From positions 1 to 64,000 of IMG/VR virus record IMGVR_UViG_3300015245_000004: 64,000 nucleotides of DNA. One strand, written 5' to 3'. The position numbers and the translations under genes are program-made. Source of the stretch: a virus. This document shows, in pieces, positions 59,634 to 64,000 of this stretch. Numbering within the stretch: the stretch's first letter is position 1; every line of letters begins with the position of its first letter. The notes below the pieces were generated by a model. The model was not told where the DNA came from. It saw nothing but the letters and a program-made list of their open reading frames with translations, and did no database searches.

Positions 59634-60158
59634 CTAGAAACGATTACCGTAGCCGGCATAATCAACGGTGAGCGTAACCGTCGAGGAGTTTTTGATCAGG
59701 ATAGCGTTGCCCAGGTTCGCGGCCTCCTGATTATCGTTTTCGTACAGGAAGAACCGCGTTCGCTCGGTGGTGTTATTCACCCCCGACTCACCGAAGGGCA
59801 CATTCGTTGAGGTGCCGAACTGGCCAAGCTGAATCTTCTTGGTGCCATCCCAGGACTCGATTATCACCAGGAAACCGTTGATGTAAGACTTGGCAATCAC
59901 CGTATTGGTAGCCAAGTCCTTAAGAGCGGTGAGGTCCAGGGTCGCCGTGTTGCCCGCGCCGATAGTGGCGGTGCCGTGGAGAATCCAGTCCACCTGACCG
60001 CCGCTGAGGCTGACCGAGTCGCCGTCGGTGATGATCAGCGAAGGAAAGTTGTTCTGACCGGACTCAACCTGGTCACGGGTCAACGATACGCTGTCCGAGT
60101 TATTCTCGGCCGCGTGGTTAACTACTACCTTCAGGGATGTGCCGTAAGTTGCCGCCAT
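59634..60158 (-). CDS. Tail-module structural protein (candidate major tail protein)
   Basis: 174-aa beta-rich ORF. Called from position. Confidence 0.4.
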   Translation of the reverse strand: MAATYGTSLKVVVNHAAENNSDSVSLTRDQVESGQNNFPSLIITDGDSVSLSGGQVDWILHGTATIGAGNTATLDLTALKDLATNTVIAKSYINGFLVIIESWDGTKKIQLGQFGTSTNVPFGESGVNNTTERTRFFLYENDNQEAANLGNAILIKNSSTVTLTVDYAGYGNRF

Positions 60159-60161
60159 ATG

Positions 60162-60581
60162 CTAATCGCCTGTGGTCACCTCATCGAGCCATATTTCCCA
60201 CGCGCGGGGGGATAACTCAACCGCCTTGCCGGCAAACCGTCCAGAAGGGTCGCGATCAACGCGGGCCTGCGTGGCCCGAAACTCGGCGGCCCCTGTAATC
60301 GTTCGGCCCTTTTTTCGCATCGAGGACATCTTTTCCTCAACCGCCCGTCGGTCGCCGCTTCCCTGCACCATCCGCACGATCACATCGATTTGAATCTTGT
60401 TGACTTGGCCGCCGCTGTATCCCACCAGCTCCTTCAGCGTCACCTTGGCAGAGGCAAAGGGCGGCACGGTTGTGTCATCCGGATCGTCGAAGGTGATCGG
60501 CACCAGCCGGTCGAGCCCCACATACCGCCAGACGCGGGTGAACAGCTCCTGGGCGTCGATCATGGGGGCGTCGGAAATCAT
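60162..60581 (-). CDS. Head-tail joining / tail terminator-position protein
   Basis: 139-aa ORF between the gp10-like gene and the tail genes. Confidence 0.35.
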   Translation of the reverse strand: MISDAPMIDAQELFTRVWRYVGLDRLVPITFDDPDDTTVPPFASAKVTLKELVGYSGGQVNKIQIDVIVRMVQGSGDRRAVEEKMSSMRKKGRTITGAAEFRATQARVDRDPSGRFAGKAVELSPRAWEIWLDEVTTGD

Positions 60582-60988
60582 TCCCGCCTCTTAGCACGGA
60601 AGATGCGATCAAACTGCGACCGCATCTTCCGTAGCGTATCGTCCGGCCCGCGCCGGCCCCGCTGAATCAAAAGGTAGCCGTACCAGGCGCGGGGGTCGTA
60701 CCAGAGCGCAATGCGCCGGGGCCGTGTGTTGAGAACACCGCGAACGGTTGCCGGCCAAATAATTACCGACCGCTGCAAGTTGCCGGTTCGCTTCCGTGGG
60801 TACTGACCGGGAACCGAGGCGGGCGGATAGGGCGTGCCGAGATCGTCCATTAACTGCTGCTGAGCTAACAACATACAGTCGAACATTCGCCGGGCCACAT
60901 CCTGGTTCACCGACTTGGTGAACTGAATCGCGCCGCCGGCCTTCACCGACCATGCCATCACGCCGCCCGTGCATTGTTGTCGTCGCAC
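60578..60988 (-). CDS. HK97 gp10-like head-tail connector protein
   Basis: 136 aa. PGQYPRKRTGNLQRSVIIWP resembles the gp10-family P-x-x-TG-x-L-x-x-S motif. Confidence 0.5.
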   Translation of the reverse strand: MRRQQCTGGVMAWSVKAGGAIQFTKSVNQDVARRMFDCMLLAQQQLMDDLGTPYPPASVPGQYPRKRTGNLQRSVIIWPATVRGVLNTRPRRIALWYDPRAWYGYLLIQRGRRGPDDTLRKMRSQFDRIFRAKRRE

Positions 60989-61656
60989 TCCAGGGTGGGT
61001 AAAACATCAAGCGCCCCGAAGTTTCGGTATGCCTTGATTTCAAGGATACTACCGACCAGGCTAGGATTGTCCGGTTTCTTGGTGATGCGAACCTGGTCGC
61101 CGATCCGCACCGTAATGTCCTCCTCAAGATACACCTGCGGGTTGCGCTCGAGCTGCGGGACACCAAGCTGCTCACCCTGCTCCATATCCTGGTACTGCAC
61201 ACGGCACACCAGGTTACTGTAAACTGCTGCCGGCGTAACCTCCGGCCGGCGTCCCTCGCTGTCCACCGCCGCCTCAACCACACCGCGATATATAGCGACC
61301 TCATCACGGAGGTTATGAACAACGCGGCGGTTGCGGGTCGTCAGCTTCCAGAAGCAAAACATCGAGGACCAGGCCGCATCGAGAATCATAAACTTTGCGC
61401 CGGTCGCGTCTACTATGCGCCAGCCGGCCTCAACCACAACCCCCGACTCGGTTTCAAGCGTGGAGACCGTCCACACCGTGTCGTTACCGAGATACCGCCC
61501 GTTGGAGCGGATGATTTCCTTTGTACTGATCGGGTGACGACAGGCAGTTGGAATAGCATCAAGGTAGGACCAGCCGGCGGGCGACTGCTGCTGCAGGCGG
61601 ACCTCCTCGGGGTTTACCATGAAGGGCTGCGTGTCAATAGCGAACTGCATTGACAT
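60958..61656 (-). CDS. Hypothetical head-tail connector-region protein
   Basis: 232-aa ORF, co-oriented. Confidence 0.4.
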   Translation of the reverse strand: MSMQFAIDTQPFMVNPEEVRLQQQSPAGWSYLDAIPTACRHPISTKEIIRSNGRYLGNDTVWTVSTLETESGVVVEAGWRIVDATGAKFMILDAAWSSMFCFWKLTTRNRRVVHNLRDEVAIYRGVVEAAVDSEGRRPEVTPAAVYSNLVCRVQYQDMEQGEQLGVPQLERNPQVYLEEDITVRIGDQVRITKKPDNPSLVGSILEIKAYRNFGALDVLPTLECDDNNARAA

Positions 61657-61949
61657 CAGTTACTGCCTACTCCATCGGCCAGGTCGCGGACCCACACCGG
61701 CAGAACGTTCACACCGCTCGGCAACGTATCGTTGTAGTCGGTGCCAAGCCAGGTCATGCCCACCGTTACCTTCATCCCCCGTAGGGTTCTAAGCAACTGG
61801 CTCAGGCCATTAATAGTTGAGGAGAAGCCGATTGAACGGCCCTGATCACTTCCGTCAATTAGGCTGCTGGCCGTGAGCGTAGCGATGCGGTTCAGAACGT
61901 TGGTAATAGCCGTATCAACTATTACCAACTGCTCGGCCGATAATGCCAC
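61656..61949 (-). CDS. Hypothetical head-tail adaptor-position protein
   Basis: 97-aa ORF abutting its neighbours on both sides. Confidence 0.4.
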   Translation of the reverse strand: MALSAEQLVIVDTAITNVLNRIATLTASSLIDGSDQGRSIGFSSTINGLSQLLRTLRGMKVTVGMTWLGTDYNDTLPSGVNVLPVWVRDLADGVGSN

Positions 61950-62327
61950 CTACGCCGCTACCTTCTTCTTCAGATAAGCGACTACCTCGCCCTTGCTGGT
62001 CAGCGGTTTCTTGTTGACCGGCGTGCCGGGGTTGGTCTTATCGATGATGATGTAGCTATGACCGGACTTGAACACCTGGTAGTCGGTGCCCTCGGCCGTG
62101 CGGAAGAACTCCGTCACATCCTCGCCGTTCGGATCGACATCCGGCGCATCCGGGTCGCCCCGGCGAACCCGCTCGAACTTGTTGGGAAAGTCTGCCACCA
62201 GGTCGCGGTCAGACTCGATGATCGCACCCTTGCGATAGGTGACGAATTCCTTGCCGAGCGGGAGTTTGCTGTCCAGCTTCGGCTCGCTGTGCGTGCCACC
62301 GAGCAGCTTAAACTTCATAGTCGTCAT
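61950..62327 (-). CDS. Hypothetical head-associated protein
   Basis: Trimmed to MTTMKFKLLGGTHSEP... First gene after the capsid gene. Confidence 0.4.
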   Translation of the reverse strand: MTTMKFKLLGGTHSEPKLDSKLPLGKEFVTYRKGAIIESDRDLVADFPNKFERVRRGDPDAPDVDPNGEDVTEFFRTAEGTDYQVFKSGHSYIIIDKTNPGTPVNKKPLTSKGEVVAYLKKKVAA

Positions 62328-62405
62328 TGCATGGCCCTTGTTAGAGAAAATTGTGGGCGATATATAAACCGGCACCGCCCTCGGAATCATCACCCCGAGG
62401 AAGAA

Positions 62406-63554
62406 CTAGCTACCGTGGACGATGCCGGTGTTGCCGTTGTGGTCCGCACGAAGTTGAATCACCTTGATGCAGAACACCTTGAAGTTCAGCAGGAACCCGC
62501 CCTGGGTTTCCCACATCACCGTGCTAAGCTCCGCACCGTTAACCATGCGCACCACGTCCTCGGTCATCTGAACCAGGACCAGTGGGAAGTCGGTTGCGCT
62601 CGGTGCGTCGGTGCCGATTTCACTGGTAGTCGAAATCGTGCGGCCGAGGTAGTCAAGCGTTCGCACACCTTGAATATCCTCGATGGCTGCCAGCCGCTGC
62701 CGCAAAGTCTTATCACCCTTGGCGGTGCTGTAATCGTCATCCATATACGTGTCCCAGTTGGGACCGCAGTACAGCATCCAGGGGCCGTAGTGAAAGGCCA
62801 GGCGCGACTGGGTGATCATCGCCAGAACTTCGTTGATCGTGACACCGGGCGTCCAGCCCGTTGCGGTGGGCTTGGTCAACGTCTTGGTAAGGCGGCTAGT
62901 GAAGTTGGTGTAACCGTAGATTGAGCCGCCGCCGTAAGTGTAGGTGCTTAGCGCGCCTAGCGCCAGGCACTCAATTTCCTCGGCCACCCGCCGGCCCGCC
63001 AGGGTCGCCATCGACGTATCGAGCGGCGTGCTGCCATTGCGGCTGATCGACAGATCGCGGCTATCAATCGAGAAGTCCTTGTGGCAAATCGGCAGGGGCA
63101 GATTCACCAGGTCATAGACCGGGCGGTCCCGGTCGGTTTCCCGCAAACCATTCATTGAGAACGTTGCGCGGGAGATATCCGACTGCGACTGATACTGCAG
63201 CACGGTCTTGCTGAAGCCGTTGGGAATATCGAAGGTCAGACCGGCACCCTCAATGTCGCCAACCGCGCGAAGGCGGGGCTTGGCGGCCTTGAGAACCGCC
63301 AGGTCCAGCAACTGCCACTCATTCTTTCGCAGCGTCGAGTCGGCATTGCCGGTGATCTGCTGCTTTTCCATCCGCAGCTTGCCATTGTTAGTGACAAGGG
63401 GCCGGCCGTTGACTACCACCGGCACCTTCTGGATGATGCGGCCGGACATGTCCGCGTAGGGGCGAAGTGCCCCGACGTGAAAGTTATTGGCAAGCAACGA
63501 GGCCGCAACCGACCCCGTCATAAACCCCTGCCGTAGAAGGCCTGTCGGATTCAT
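62406..63554 (-). CDS. Major capsid protein (HK97 fold, encapsulin/linocin-like family)
   Basis: Trimmed to MNPTGLLRQG..., which has AAAGGA upstream. The stretch ...LRKNEWQLLDLAVLKAAKPRLRAVGDI...VNLPLPICHKDFSIDSRDL... resembles encapsulin-type capsid proteins. Size and position fit. Confidence 0.7.
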   Translation of the reverse strand: MNPTGLLRQGFMTGSVAASLLANNFHVGALRPYADMSGRIIQKVPVVVNGRPLVTNNGKLRMEKQQITGNADSTLRKNEWQLLDLAVLKAAKPRLRAVGDIEGAGLTFDIPNGFSKTVLQYQSQSDISRATFSMNGLRETDRDRPVYDLVNLPLPICHKDFSIDSRDLSISRNGSTPLDTSMATLAGRRVAEEIECLALGALSTYTYGGGSIYGYTNFTSRLTKTLTKPTATGWTPGVTINEVLAMITQSRLAFHYGPWMLYCGPNWDTYMDDDYSTAKGDKTLRQRLAAIEDIQGVRTLDYLGRTISTTSEIGTDAPSATDFPLVLVQMTEDVVRMVNGAELSTVMWETQGGFLLNFKVFCIKVIQLRADHNGNTGIVHGS

Positions 63555-63608
63555 CTGTCTGTCCTTTCGGGTTTGAGAACGGCTAGGGGTCACCCGCCGC
63601 GTTAGTTT

Positions 63609-64000
63609 TTAGCCAAGGATACGCACGGGGCAGAATGCCTCCGCGCTGCCCGCGCTGTTATCCTGCGCGTCGTGGGCTACCGCTATGATCTTCTGGCCGG
63701 AGGTTCGGCCCAGCGAGATGTTGAAAATGTCCAGCCGCGACTGGTCGGCGGTATCGGCCACCGACATTGTGACCTTCACCGTGAAGGCATTCGTCGTGTT
63801 GGTATTGATGGTCGTCGAGGCCACAAAGCTGCCGGATGAAATATCGGCGGCCCCGGCGGCGGCACTCGGCGTGCCGTTGAATACCCAGCCACCAGCCACG
63901 AAAGTGCCGGAGTTACCAATGGTCCGAACGATCAACTGGCCGCGAATGGCAAAGATGTCATTCGTGACCGCATCGATAGTCGGGCTGGTAAAGATCGCCG
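63609..64000 (-). CDS. Hypothetical head protein upstream of the capsid gene (partial; runs off the window)
   Basis: The frame is open from 63609 to the window end (...AIFTSPTIDAVTNDIFAIRGQLIVRTIGNSG...). The ORF-track TTG start at 63935 is probably internal. Confidence 0.4.
   Translation of the reverse strand, partial: AIFTSPTIDAVTNDIFAIRGQLIVRTIGNSGTFVAGGWVFNGTPSAAAGAADISSGSFVASTTINTNTTNAFTVKVTMSVADTADQSRLDIFNISLGRTSGQKIIAVAHDAQDNSAGSAEAFCPVRILG

Noticed and set aside
60609-61322. 237-aa minus-strand ORF in an alternative frame
   Set aside because: It overlaps two better-supported, translationally coupled genes (60578..60988 and 60958..61656). Its Arg/Ser-rich composition suggests a spurious frame.
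62058-62924. 288-aa plus-strand ORF
   Set aside because: It is antisense to the capsid and head genes, has no motifs, and shows GC-rich antisense composition.

Overview
This window reads as one contiguous 64-kb piece of a large tailed dsDNA phage genome (Caudoviricetes-like). It is visibly GC-rich, with AT-richer islands. I saw no integrase, rRNA or CRISPR array. There are three transcriptional blocks. (1) 1-33,059, leftward: tail-fibre-like genes, a MuF-type head protein, portal, three very basic paralogous proteins, large terminase, a J-domain protein, small-terminase-like protein, SAM methyltransferase, DnaB-like helicase, two tandem Dam-like methylases, primase, about 12 small ORFs, SNF2 helicase, sigma-like factor, NusG-like factor and a ParB-like nuclease. 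(2) 33,346-52,316, rightward: it starts at a symmetric divergent promoter region, then small ORF cassettes separated by a repeated 70-bp stem-loop element. After these come a tRNA-like element, sliding clamp, GroES-like protein, a two-piece family A DNA polymerase, clamp loader, a T4-style UvsY/gp32/UvsX-like set, FEN, a resolvase-like nuclease, and an Mre11/Rad50 pair in which Rad50 is split. (3) 52,297-64,000, leftward: two glycosyltransferases, tail proteins, tape measure, a tail chaperone with a -1 frameshift site, head-tail connectors and an HK97-fold major capsid protein. The observations most worth follow-up are the split Rad50 with an adjoining hexanucleotide repeat, the repeated stem-loop cassette boundaries, the non-canonical tRNA-like element, effector-like domains fused to portal and MuF, the basic protein trio, and the interrupted polymerase locus. 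All functional calls come from reading motifs by eye; no searches were run.
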